NCBI GenBank assembly: GCA_036785375.1
Contig: JAWMAR010000045.1
Span: forward strand, 3,658,001 to 3,722,000
From: Leucoraja ocellata
Taxonomy: Eukaryota
Reading direction: 5' to 3'
DNA length: 64,000 nt
Shown: positions 48,432 to 60,706 of the stretch, piece by piece
How the letters are laid out: every line of letters starts with the position of its first letter
Position numbering within the stretch: the stretch's first letter is position 1
Program-made: the position numbers and the translations under genes
Notes under the pieces: generated by a model
Told to the model about the DNA's origin: nothing
The model's input: the letters and a program-made list of their open reading frames with translations, nothing else
Database searches by the model: none

Positions 48432-48598
48432 CTGAGAACTGCCGTTGTAATTGCCGTGCTTGTCATGAATGTAAAAACAACAGCGAACAAAAATAATCCC
48501 AAAAACATGGGCATGTGATTACATGCAGTTTCACATTTCCCTCCATTTGCATCAAAACCAAAGTTATTTTCAGGGATACAAGAACAGCCCTCGTAAAT
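48432..48598 (-). CDS. slco4c1: SLCO4C1-like exon
   Basis: ttacag|ATT...CTCAG|gtatgt. Translates IYEGCSCIPENNFGFDANGGKCETACNHMPMFLGLFLFAVVFTFMTSTAITTAVL(R). 167 nt, phase 0 to 2. Confidence 0.94.
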
Positions 48599-49654
48599 CT
48601 GTAATACAAAAAGCAAACACAATTTATACATCCAAAATTTCCCCATAGTTGCCTCAGCTTCAGCATTGCTGCAGAAACCTTGTTTCTGACAAACTTTCCG
48701 TATAGGTTATGGTGATGAAGCAAGAGCGACAATTAGGATGCCAGGATTTGCTCATGGTTATATTTTTTTGTTTTGCATAACTGTTTAATATTACTAAGCC
48801 ACCTAGCTCAAAGCTGGATTGTTTTTTATTGCAAAAAATATTTTAATTTGTAACCTATTCTGAGCAAGCTTAAGGCTAAACATGAACTATATCCGTACAT
48901 GCTAAAATCTGGCAGAGAATACATAGCCATATCTACTATTCCATCTGATACAAACAAACTTAAGATGTTTGATTTTAGTTATAGATTTTAATTTACATAA
49001 CAGAACATCAGATGCATTTGCATACCTGGAAGCGACACACATCTGCAATATGTAAGCTTTCTGCTATTTACAGTACTGAAGCATTTGATGTATGTAAAAA
49101 GTCAACAATCACAGTAAATGTGTGTGAAATGTTCAATCATCAGCAAAGATAAGAAGTCAGAGCCACGGTTGGCCATTTACCTGAAACTTGATTTTCTTCA
49201 ATAATTATCAAAACTATGTCTACTTCTATATCATTTTCCTCTACACTCCTTGGTTTTTCAAATATCCAGAAATATATTGATCTCAATTTTGAAGGGAATC
49301 AATAACACCACAGCCCTCAAGGGAGGACAATTCCATGATTTACCGCCTTTGATGAGGACATTTCTTCCCATTTTAAACCTATATGCTGCTGTGACCTTTG
49401 TGTTTGTTTTAATTAGGTCACATCTTATTCTCCTATACACTAATGTATAGAGGACTTGCATACTCAATCTTTTCTCTTATGCCACCTGCAATCGCAGGAA
49501 TCAGTCTTTTTTGTGAATCTTCACTGCTTTCATTCTGTAATTTGAATATCTTTTTAGATAAAGAGACCCAAATTGTGCTCATAAATCAAGGTCTTCATCA
49601 AATATTATTATTGGTATCCTTTATGTAATTGTATTAGGATGACTTTATAATATA

Positions 49655-51510
49655 CTAGACCAAGTGGGACCCGTTGGGTCCCGTCCCCTCAATGCGCGGT
49701 TGTGGGGGGAGGGGCGGCCTGTGACGTCACACACACTAACCGCCCCCCCCCCCCTTCCCCACACACACTAACCACCCCCATTGATATTATATTAATATTA
49801 TTCATTTATTCTTTTACCCCATCCCCCGCCCTATCCACTCACGCATAGCCCCCAACTCGCAGGCGCGGCTAGAGAGGGAGGGGGATAGAGAGAGAGGGGC
49901 ACAGAGGCGCGGAGAGGGACACATAAGCATACAGAGGGACACAGAAGCACACAGAGGGACACGGGCACAGAGAGGGAGACAAGGGCACAGAGAGGGAGAC
50001 AAGGGCACAGAGAGGGACACAGAGGCACAGAGAGGGAGGGGGGAGGGAGGATGGGAAGAGATAATATAACAATTACAGCACGGAAACAGGCCGAACACAT
50101 AATCTCCCCTAGTCCCATATACCTGCGCTCAGACCATAACCCTCCATTCCCTTCCCATCCATATAACTATCCAATTTATTTTTAAATGATAAAAACGAAC
50201 CTGCTCCACCACCTTCACTGGAAGCTCATTCCACACAGCTACCACTCTCTGAGTAAAGAAGTTCCCCCTCATGTTACCGCTAAACTTCAGTCCCTTAATT
50301 CTCAAGTCATGTCTCCTTGTTTGAATCTTCCCTACTCTCAGTGGGAAAAGCTTTTCCACGTCAACTCTGTCTATCCCTCTCATCATTTTAAAAACCTCTA
50401 TCAAGTCCCCCCTTAACCTTCTGCGCTCCAAAGAATAAAGCCCTAACTTGTTCAACCTTTCTCTGTAACTTAGTTGCTGAAACCCAGGCAACGTTCTAGT
50501 AAATCTCCTCTGTACTCTCTCTATTTTGTTGACATCCTTCCTATAATTAGGCGACCAAAATTGTACACCATACTCCAGAATTGGCCTCACCAATGCCTTG
50601 TGCAATTTTAACATTACATCCCAACTTCTATACTCAATGCTCTGATTTATAAAGGCCAGCACACCAAAAGCTTTCTTTACCACCCTATCTACATGAGATT
50701 CCACTTTCACGGAACTGTGCACAGTTATTCCCAGATCCCTCTGTTCACCTACATTCTTCATTTCCCTACCATTTACCATGTACGTCCTATTTTGATTTGT
50801 CCTGCCAAGATGTAGCACTTCACACTTATCAGCATTAAACTCCATCTGCCATCATTCAGCCCACTCTTCCAACTGGCATAAATCTCTCTGTAGACTTTGA
50901 AACTCTACTTCATTACCCGCAACCCCACCTATCTTAGTATCATCTGCATACTTACTAATCCATGATGGGGAGATGGGGGGTGTGAGAGGGAGCGGGAGGT
51001 GGGCAAAGAGGGAGGGGGGCAGAGAGGGAGGGGGGCAGAGAGGGAGGGGGGTAGAGTTTGAGGGGTTTGGGGGGGGGGTGCACGTCGTTAGAGGGGAGCG
51101 CTGGTTCCCGAACCTCACTCCCGGCTTCAGGCTGCATGCTGCAGTCAGGGCCTGATAACGGGTGGTCGGAGGGGGGGGGGGGAGGGAAACGTCACTCACA
51201 GCGCGAGCAAGAAGACAGCGCGATTTTCTCTAAAGATGTTGCGAGCGGCGCGGCCGAACGACGGACTCGCAGCGCGTGAACACAACATGCAGCCATTGTG
51301 ATGTCATCACGTCATCTAAGTTATTTGAAAATTTTGAACAATTTGATTAATAACTCAAGAAATAAAGTTCAAATTTTTCAGGTAAGCCGTTTTTTTACTT
51401 CACCGGATAAATCTCTACAGGAATATGTAAAAAATGTATCATCAGGGCGTCGTTTTTTGAGCAGTATGATCACACACACACATCGAAGATCAGAGTTTTA
51501 TGTATATAGA
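49655..51510 (-). mobile_element. Non-autonomous Helitron containing a CR1 insertion (50065-50962)
   Basis: 5' TCTATATACATAAAACTCTGATC; 3' GGGACCCAACGGGTCCC hairpin + CTAG; A|T target. CR1 ORF 50129-50845. Confidence 0.85.
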
Positions 51511-51774
51511 TATATATTTTCCTCGCTACGCAATGTACCAGCATGTTAACTTTGCACAAGGATATCAATGTATCTTTGAACATCACCATTTTCCACCCTC
51601 TCACCATTTACAAAATACTCCGAATTTCTGTTTTACCAACAGTTGATAAATTCATATTTTTTCACATTTCATTCAATTTGTCCTTGATCAACAACTCCAT
51701 TTGAATCCTTTTGGAATCCCCATCACTTCTCATATTACCACTTAGTGTCATGGCATCGACAAGGATAAACATGC

Positions 51775-52480
51775 CATTGATTTGATTCAATTTATTGTCA
51801 TTGCACTTTTCAGTGCAACAAAATGGTTTAGCCTGCAGTCATAACATAGAATAAATGACAAACACTCAACACAGTTTAAAGTCCCAAAGTCATTGCCTCT
51901 TCCTTCCTTGCTCTCCCTCTGCGCTGAGGCAATCGAAGCCTCCGATGTTGTGACCCCGCCGGGTGATGGTCGGCTGAATCCGTGCTCCGCGGCCCGGGGC
52001 GGTCGAAGCTGCCGAAGCTGCCGTCCTCCAGTCCAGCGGACGCAGCTTTAGTTGTGGGAGCTCCGGAAACAGAACTCGAGCTCCCGATGATGTCGTCCAC
52101 TGGCCGGCGGCTGAGCCTCCGAGGCTCCAAAGTCGGGTCGGAAGTTGGGTCGCACCGCAACCACAGTCCCGAAGTCGGCCAGCCTCGTTGGTAAGTCCTG
52201 GCTCTGACTCCGCAGCCTCGAGGTCGGTCGCAGTTGGATGCCGCCAGCTCCGCGATAGGCCTCAGCGCAGACGGACACGGAGACGGGGGATACGGCAGGA
52301 AAGGTCGCATCCCCCCCGAAGGAAGTCAAAAAACATGTTACACCCACCCCCCCCCACACATACACAACTAAATAAACCGAAATAAACTGTAAAAACGGGA
52401 CAAGAGAAAACAAAAAACAGAAATAACAAACGGACTGCAGGCGAGCCGCAGCTGCAAGGCAGCGCCGCCACTTCCGGTAT
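51775..52480 (-). mobile_element. GC-rich non-autonomous retroposon with a Rex1-like tail
   Basis: 5' module ggcgctgcc..cctgcagtccgt, T-tract, G-run resembles the 8431 element; tail ttgcact..tgcaatgacaataaattgaatcaaatc. Confidence 0.65.
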
Positions 52481-52615
52481 TTGGCATTACCAGTATAATT
52501 GTTAAAATAGGTTGTAAAGATTTTAGGCAGAGGCACAGATTCGTGTGGTGTTCAACAAGCCACAGAAGGCAGTCTTAGAATGCCCCATATATTACTTCCT
52601 TTGGTTTTCTATCGG

Positions 52616-53130
52616 TGTAGTGGCCATTTGGCCTGTTTTGCATGACATTGATGATAGCATGTGCCTTTAAATTTTCGACTACCCTTTATATTGTGGGTGG
52701 GATTTATGTCGTGTTTTGGGGTGTGTTTGGAGCTTAGATGCTTGCGCAGAAGTTTAGTTTTTAGATTAGTTTTGAGAGACGATGGGGAAGGTTATCCCTT
52801 CGACCATGCGGGGTCCATGTAAGATATAAAGGAGGTCATTCCAGTGTAACAGAGACACAAGGAGTTTTCTAATGTTTAAAGTAATAAGCCGGAGTGCGAT
52901 GAAGATTGTAGTAATGTCGGAAGAAGTTTGGATGTACCTTACTGTTTTCTATCAATAATAAAGCATTTATACATCAAAAGACTGTGTTTTGAAGCCATAT
53001 CTGTGAAGAAGCTCTGAAGGTCTCTGTGAGTGAGCTTGCATGCGTTTCGAAGACACCCCCTTCAACCATGCTCATCCATTTAGCGGCTAGGGTGCTAATT
53101 TCCTGTAAGATATGAAAATCTGCCGCTACA
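52616..53130 (+). mobile_element. Solo LTR, BEL/Pao-related
   Basis: TGTAGTGGC...GCCGCTACA; TSD atcgg/atcga; blocks shared with the LTR at 1529-1976 (tgtgggtgggattt, cgaccatgc, aataaag..atcaa.agactgt). Confidence 0.8.
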
Positions 53131-53482
53131 ATCGAATAACCAACTTTCAATCCACACTTGTAACCTCAACTCCATGTGCTCTCACTTTGTTCGGTAACCT
53201 CCAGTGAACCTTATTGCACATTTCCATTTCTGACCTTACAATGGAAGAAAGATTATTTATGTAGCAGCTGAAGAAGTTGAGCCTAGATCACTATTCTGAA
53301 GAACTCTAAGCACTGACATCCTATGGCTGGGATGAATTACTTGCATCATCAGCAACCATCTTCCTCCGTGCGAGGAATGGCTCCAGCATTGGAGTCTTTG
53401 ACCTTTGATATTGATTTCAGATGTTCTGCAATAATGTCATTTTGAAAATACTTAAACAGAGGTAGAGTAAAAATGTACTTCA

Positions 53483-55339
53483 TCCTTATAACTACAAAAC
53501 TCTGATCTTGGACGTGTATGCATGTGCGTGCGCGTGTATTTGTTTGTTTGTGTGCGATCACATCTACTCGAAGAAACATTTTTACTTATTCCGGTAGAGA
53601 TTAATCCCATGAAATCAAAAATTGCCTTATCTGAAAATTTCATGGGTTATTTCTCGAGTTATTTATGAAAATGTTCACAAATCTCAAATAACTTGGAAAA
53701 ATATACGAGATGGTCTTGCTGATGACGTCACAATGGATCTGATTGCCTGCCTCTGCTCGCGCTGCGAGTGACGTCACCCCTGTTCCGTCTGCTGTACTTC
53801 TTGGCTTCTTAACTTTTACTTCTTTAAATTTGTCACTTTGCGTTTTTAAACTGCTGCTCAGGTCGTGCTGCGCACTCCGCTGGGCTCCTTGAAGTTCTAG
53901 AACATGGAAGCAACGGCCGTTATCGTCGCGCGGGTGCGGGGATTAAACTGCTGTTTAGGTCATGCCGCGTGCTCCGCTGGGCTCCTTGAAGTCCTAGAAC
54001 AGTGATTCCTAACCTTTTTGGCACCAGTACGCGCATACGCAAACAAAATACTGTGTGTGGTATGTACCTTTGTTAGGTTCCTAAACATGGGGTCAACAAA
54101 TTGATATGTTATTTGTGTTCCCTTCATGACCCCCGGCAAAGCCCCAAACGACCACCAGAGGGGGTCACGACCCCAGGTTAAGAGCCACCGTTCTAGAACA
54201 TGGCGGCGGCAGTCGTTATCGCCGCGCGGGTGCGGGCCAGTGCGATGGGAAGGTAGGCCGTGGCAGCCATTACTCCCTCTGGGAAAGCCCATCTATGGAG
54301 ACCTGCGATTCCTCAGTCATTCACAGGGACTCAGGGAATCGTGACACCCTCATGGAGGTCGACAACCTCCCCCCCCCGTCTTCCCCGCCCGATCATCTGT
54401 CACATGGGTGGGTGGGCTTCCCCTTGCGGAAGCCATGATCGGCCGGCCCTCGCTGCTTTAGACCATCCTCAGATCGCTCCGGCCCTCGCTCGGGTCCAAG
54501 CCGACCGCAGCCCGGCTCAGGCCCGGCGCCTGGTAGGGAGTCTGCTTCTCTACAACCTGTGTAGGTGCTGCCTCTACCTCCTCCACCTCCCTCTCAATCC
54601 CCTCCCCAGGGCAGAGAAAGCGAGAGGGAGGGGGGGGGGGGGGACGGAGAGGGGGGGGGAGAGGGGGGAGAAGAAAGGGGGAGAAGAGGTGGAGAGAGGG
54701 GGAGAAGGGGTGGAGAGAGGGGGAGAAGGGGTGGAGGGGGATATGGAGAGGGGGGAGAGCGGGGTGCGAGGAGAGGGGGGGAGGAGAGGTGGACACCAGT
54801 GGACACGCACACCCTCAACCTCGCTCGGGCCCGGCGCCTGGTGGGGAGGCTGCTGCTCTACGACCTGGGTAGGTGCTGCCTCTACCCCTTCCCTCTGTGT
54901 CCCCTCCCTTTCTGCCCCCTCCCTCTCTGCCCCCCCTCTCTTCGTCCCCTCCCTCTCTGCACACCTCCCACTCTGCCTCTCTCTGCCCCCCCTGCCTCTC
55001 TAGGGAGTGGTGAATACTGAGACCAATTGGTGAGTGGTGGAGTATTGCGTTTGGGAACCAGTTCTCCCCTGTGATGGTGCACAACCGCCACCCCTCCCCC
55101 TCCCTCTCCAACCCCCTCCCCACCCCCAACCCCAAACCCCCCCCCCCCTCTCTAGCCATGCCTGCACAGTTGGGGGTTATGCGTGAGTGGATAGAGTGGG
55201 GTTTGGGGTAAAAGGAGCAAATTAATAATATTAATATAATATCAAGGCGGGTTAGTGTGTGTGTGTGACGTTGAAGGCCGCCTCCCCCTCGCAACTGTGC
55301 GTTGATGGGACGGGACCCAATGGGTCCCACTTGGTCTAG
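53483..55339 (+). mobile_element. Non-autonomous Helitron with internal duplications and a nested hAT MITE
   Basis: 5' TC..AAAACTCTGATCTT; 3' GGGACCCAATGGGTCCC + CTAG; 3' part matches the 49655 element. Confidence 0.8.
54000..54190. mobile_element. hAT-Charlie-like MITE
   Basis: TIRs cagtgattcctaacct / aggttaagagccaccg; 8-bp TSD tcctagaa/ttctagaa (NTCTAGAN-type target). Confidence 0.82.
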
Positions 55340-56114
55340 CAATGCATAAATGTCTTTCCTTACAGAAATTGCTAAAGGAAGCTTTCAGGAAGACATGGTA
55401 AAGAATGCTTGAATGAAAGAGTTTGAGCAATGAACTTCTGAATATTTTATGACCATCATGAACAGCTCAGATTGATATCCAAAAATCACTCTGAACTTAA
55501 GCAACATTGTGTGTCATTTTACACATTGGGGAACAAGGAACAGGGGTAAGAATGAAGGCAGAGCTGGAATTGGACTGCCTGATTCATTGACTCAAATCTT
55601 GGGACCTTGGTGGAAGATGTAAACACTTGGAAAGAAGTCCTGTAAGTGGTACCAAAAGGATGAAATGAAATATCAGTGGGAAGAGATGATCAGATAGATA
55701 AAAACACAATGACAAATGACCGAATAGCAGTATCAGAAGAAGTTTAATGGCTTCATCAAATCAAAGTATCAAAATAATGGAAACTGCAAAATATCACATT
55801 TACCAATAACTTTACTTACCAAGTTATTACCAATACGCTAATACTCACTTGCACATTTCATATCAGATACTTCAGCTTTTCAACTATGCAAAGCCCATCA
55901 CACACACATATTGCAACTCACTATCTCTCATCTCCCTCTTTTACAGGTGATGCGCACAACTGCAGATTGCAGTAGCCAACAGGTGGGTACCCTGACATGC
56001 CCACCTTACTCAGTTACTTTTCAGTGTACCATTTGCTTAATTATTGGACAATTTAAATTCCATTTATAATAAATCAGAAATATCAATAAACTATCTTAAG
56101 TTAGAGGGACTTAC

Positions 56115-56271
56115 ATGACGATTATCTTTTATCGTTGTATTCATACAACCGGCATAGCATCCAGAAAAATATTGGACGTGATCGACACCACAGATTGGAT
56201 TAAAGACATAGTGACAGTGACAGTCAGCATTACAGGGTGCCTCAAGTTTAATGTGCCCTGTCGTCTTGTTG
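56115..56271 (-). CDS. slco4c1: SLCO4C1-like exon, Kazal-type extracellular loop
   Basis: ctcatag|C...CAT|gtaagt. Translates NKTTGHIKLEAPCNADCHCHYVFNPICGVDHVQYFSGCYAGCMNTTIKDNRH (OATP Kazal cysteine pattern). 157 nt, phase 2 to 0. Confidence 0.94.
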
Positions 56272-56548
56272 CTATGAGATAATACACAGGAAAAAAAGGT
56301 CAGATTAAGCCCCTGTGAACACATCAAAGCGCAGTTACATTCCATCATGAAAGGGCTAATTATATAAATATTACAGATAGTTGCAAAATGCTGGAGAAAA
56401 TTGATAAATTGACCCAAATGAACCATTTTCAGGACCTAAAACATTACCTCTTAATATTCTACAGAGATACTGCCTGACCCGCTGAGTTACTCCAGCATTT
56501 TGTGTATATATTATGGTATAAACCAGCATCTGCAGTTTCTTTTTAAAA

Positions 56549-58069
56549 TCTATATTACTAAAAGTCTGATCTTGACCATTTCCTCTTATTTTGTATATTG
56601 ATTTCTGAAAAAACACCGCCACTTACAGCTGTGATTTTTGGACATCTTACTCCGAGTCGCCCTCTGCTGCACATGACTAGAGGATTTTTCCCATTGATGA
56701 AAAATAAAAGAATTATTAGTGTTTAAAAAATGTTGAGATTCTCTCTCTTGAAGGCCATGCCCCTTCCGGAGTCAGTCAGTCTCAACAAGATGGGGGGAGT
56801 CTCAGTCTGTCTCGTCTTTCAGTCTGAGCCATGAATAACACTGAACACATGTTTACTAAATTGTAAGTGCGGCTTAACTGACCTTGAGTGCCCTTAATGT
56901 GGTATGAAAATGAAAATACGGGTTGGGTTGAAATAAAGCAAAGCAAGCACAACAAATGGTGGTTGGTGGTGGTTGGTTTGAAATAATGCACAGCAAATGG
57001 TTGTTGGTGGTAGTTGGTTTGAAATAAGCCCTGCAAATGGTTGCTGGTGATGGTTATTCTGAAATAAAGCACTGCAAATGTTGCTGGTGGTGGTTATTCT
57101 GAAATAAAGCACTGCAAATGTTGCTGGTGGTGGTTATTTTGAAATAAAGCACTGCAAATGGTGGTTGGTTCGAAATGGCAAATGATTAAGTCTAAACTTG
57201 ACAACTTCCTGTTTGCACTGTATATTGATTTTAGATAAAACGCTACCACTTACAGCTGTGATTTTGGGCCATCTTACTCAGTCCCCCCTCTGCTCATCGG
57301 GTGCAGAGGATTCTTCCCATCAATGAAAATTAAAAGTGTTATTAGTGTTCAAAAAATGTTGAGAATCTCTCTCCTGTCAATCATGCCATGAAGGCCACGC
57401 CCCTTCCAGTGGGAGTGGGGAGGGATTATAAAATCCGGAAGTGTGGCTGTGGCTCAGGTTCTGCAAGATGGGGGAGGGAGAGGTCACGATTCTGTCTGAG
57501 CTGTGAATCAACTGAACACACTGAATGTCTACTGAACTGTGAGTGGTGTTTATGTGGTGTTTTGTGTGGTTTTATGGAGGTATCACCCTGCTTGAAATGG
57601 CATGAAACTGCACTTGAATTTGGTGGCCTTGCACCCTGTTTGAAATGGCATGAAACAGCACTAGCATTTGGTGGCCTTGCACCCTGCTTGAAGTGGCATG
57701 AAACTGCACTTGAATTTGGTGACCTTGCACCCTGCTTGAAGTGGTAGGAAACTGCATTTGAATTTGGTGGCCTTGCACCCTGCTTGAAATGGAATTTCAA
57801 GGAATAGCCGTGAGTCAACTGCCAGCCCACCAGCCGTCAGTGAGCTGCCAGCACATCAGGCTTGAGTGACTGAGCTGCCACCCCAATAATCCATTTGGCC
57901 CACAATGTCCATACTAGCCAGTCCCTTCAGCGCACAGCACCCATAGTAGCGCTCCAGAAAGTCCCCACCACTGGCCACCAATATTGGAATTGGCGGAGAG
58001 GTGGAATATTGCGTTGGGCACCAGTCCTCCCGTGTCAACATGGGACCCAATGGGTCACACTTAGTCTAG
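56549..58069 (+). mobile_element. Non-autonomous Helitron (same family as 24564-28679) with minisatellites at ~56925-57180 and ~57583-57795
   Basis: A|TCTATATTACTAAAAG ... GGGACCCAATGGGTCAC ... CTAG|T; 5' module internally duplicated. Confidence 0.88.
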
Positions 58070-58846
58070 TATTATATGTAAATATTACTTTTTTTGGCTA
58101 TTTATTGATTTTACAGCTGCTTAAAGTGCATCTTCCAAAATAAACAAACAACTACGTTGTGCGTTAAAGCATATTGCTAAATGATTATGATCATCTGTCC
58201 TATAATGTGTCAATACCCTTGAAATTGAACCTTGATGACAGGTGAGGATATATCCTTTCCTAAACACATATCTCCAACCCCATTGAAACAAAAATTCTAC
58301 GACATGGACTTGGGTATTGGAAGTCAGTAAATATAAGCAATTGGACAGAATATGGACAGAGCTAGATAGGGCTCTTAATGATAGCGGAGTCAGGGGATAT
58401 GGGGAGAAGGCAGGAACGGGGTACTGATTGGGGATGATCAGCCATGATCACATTGACTGGTGGTGCTGGCTCGAAGGGCCGAAGTGCCTACTCCTGCACC
58501 TATTGTCTATTGTCTAATATGAAGGACTATTTTCCTGTCAGGATAGTGTGAATTAATTTTAATGCTGATCATATCCACAGGTGCTGTTGCGATAGACTTA
58601 TTTCACTGGTCATGCTATCATAGCCTTTCTGGTATTATATAATTACAGCTTTGGCTCAACAAAGAACGCCAAGATAGATGCTTTCCATCCCAATGCTAGT
58701 CATTGATGACAATGTTGAGTTTGTTTTTGTGAAAAAAAATTGCAACTATGTTGGTTTTTACTTTTTTCCTGATGAATATTAGCTGATAACGCAATACATA
58801 TTTATATATTTTTTTCATTTCAGCTGCACTTTTAAACATTATTTTC

Positions 58847-59259
58847 TGTAGGAGCCATTCATCCTTAAGTCAGTATATTATAGTCATGTCTTGATATTTC
58901 TAGTTCTTATTTGTATGAAGGCTGGTAGTTGGGATTTGATATGTAGAGGGGTGTGTCTACATCTGGAGAGGCTAGCGCAGACTAAGAGATTTAGAATTTA
59001 GTTTGCCTCGAGGGATGGTGAGGACAAGAATTTATACCACAATCATGAGACGCCACACGGAAGAAACAGTTAGTAAGGACGAAAAATTATTAATTATTTC
59101 TTTGTTTTGTATTACTTCAATAAGACCAATTAATCAAGAAACGACGACTGGAAGATTTGTTTTTGCTATCTGTTAGTGCGTAAACTATATTTCCACCACA
59201 TCCCCGAGTAGTAACAGTAATTAAAAGTTGGACTGAAAAGTTTAGAAATTGCCGTTACA
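58847..59259 (+). mobile_element. Solo LTR, BEL/Pao-related
   Basis: TGTAGGAGCC...GCCGTTACA; TSD ttttc/ttgtc; cttcaataa..aatcaaga block as in the other LTRs. Confidence 0.7.
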
Positions 59260-60263
59260 TTGTCCTTGTCTTTTTCCCACTTCATTCAGCATATTTTTGT
59301 TAATTTATTCTCCTATTTTTCTTAATGCAGTTGTCTCTCTTCCAGACCATTAAGCATAATCTATTCTTCACCTACTTGTCTGAGCTTCATCACTGATGAA
59401 CCCTTTCTCAGCTTCAGCTATGATTCTGCCAAAGGATTTTCTCCAACCTACTATAAGGTTGAAGACGAAAGAGACTGCTGATAGTTGAATCCAGATTTCC
59501 TAAAGGAGTTCAAGCAGAATTTGCGAAAGTAAACTGTTTATATTGACATTGAAGGTCGAGACCCTTCATCAGCCATGATCATATTAAATGGCGGTGCAGG
59601 CTCGAAGGGCCGAATGGCCTACTCCTGCACCTAATTTCTATGTTTTCTATGTTTTCTATCTGGACTGAGGGGGAAGAGAAAGAATGGCCGGTATGTAGCA
59701 GTACAAGGGAGGGATGGGACAGAGGTTAACAGATATTAGGTGGAACCAGATTGGAATGGGGTAATGGGCAGATGCAACCAGGTGGGAGAGGGGGAAGGAG
59801 GTAGCTTGAACAAAGGAAGGAGAAAACTAGGTGAACAGGTGAGTGTGCGTGGAAGAAGAACGCCTGGGGCTGTGGTTTACCTGAAGTTAAAAATTCCAAG
59901 TTTATGCTATTGGGTTATAAACTATGCAAGCAGAATATGAAATGTTGTTTTTCGAATTTGCACTTGGATTCACATTGAACAAAATCATGAAAGACATAAT
60001 ATTTTAATTAAAATCTTGTTTCATTCACCCTGCTTCAGTTATCACTTCAGGTTTTTTTTTGTCATTTGAGTATAATGCTTAATCCCTATTTTTGTAGGCT
60101 ATACCTATGACCAACTCATTAAATTATTTAAATCAAGTGATGAAAATATTGAATAATTTATGATAACCTCAAAATAAATTTACACCTTGTGAAAATCATG
60201 TACATACCACTTAACTATTCAGGATAGCTATTACAAACTGAGTCTAATTAAACATTTACTTAC

Positions 60264-60459
60264 GGAAAATAGTTCTGGTTGACTCCGGCAAATGGATTAT
60301 TTACACAATAACTAAAAATGAAAACAGTTGCGAAGAGCAGTGATATGACAGTTGTGGCTATAGCCATCTTAATCATACTTCCACAAAGGAATTTCAGCTT
60401 GGATATAATGATCCCACTGGAAATCTGACCAATAAATGCTCCAGGAATAAGTGTTGCTC
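60264..60459 (-). CDS. slco4c1: SLCO4C1/OATP4C1-like transporter, internal coding exon (transmembrane region before the Kazal loop); upstream exons lie beyond the window
   Basis: tttgcag|GA...TTTCC|gtaagt. Translates (G)ATLIPGAFIGQISSGIIISKLKFLCGSMIKMAIATTVISLLFATVFIFSYCVNNPFAGVNQNYF, collinear with mammalian SLCO4C1 GAVLIPGAALGQILGG...CENEPFAGV (recalled). Phase 1 to 2. Confidence 0.92.
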
Positions 60460-60706
60460 CTGCAAAGTAAAGTTGAAAATCAATTGCATTTGTGTTAAAT
60501 CATTGGCCATTCTTTTGTATTTTTCTGTTATAATGATAATTAGCTGCCAAAATAAAAGTTCTCTTAACTTTAATTTTATTGATTTTCAAAATTTAGCCCA
60601 TTCTAAATCATTAATGAAAATGGTAAACAATGATTGTTCAGTATCAATCAATCTTTCCACTGCCATGCGCAAGGCAGACACCGTTGTATGCTCTGGCTGA
60701 ACAGCT

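Noticed and set aside
54260-55342. Long Gly/Glu/Pro-rich ORFs
   Set aside because: Low-complexity GA/CT tracts inside a Helitron, open in several frames on both strands.
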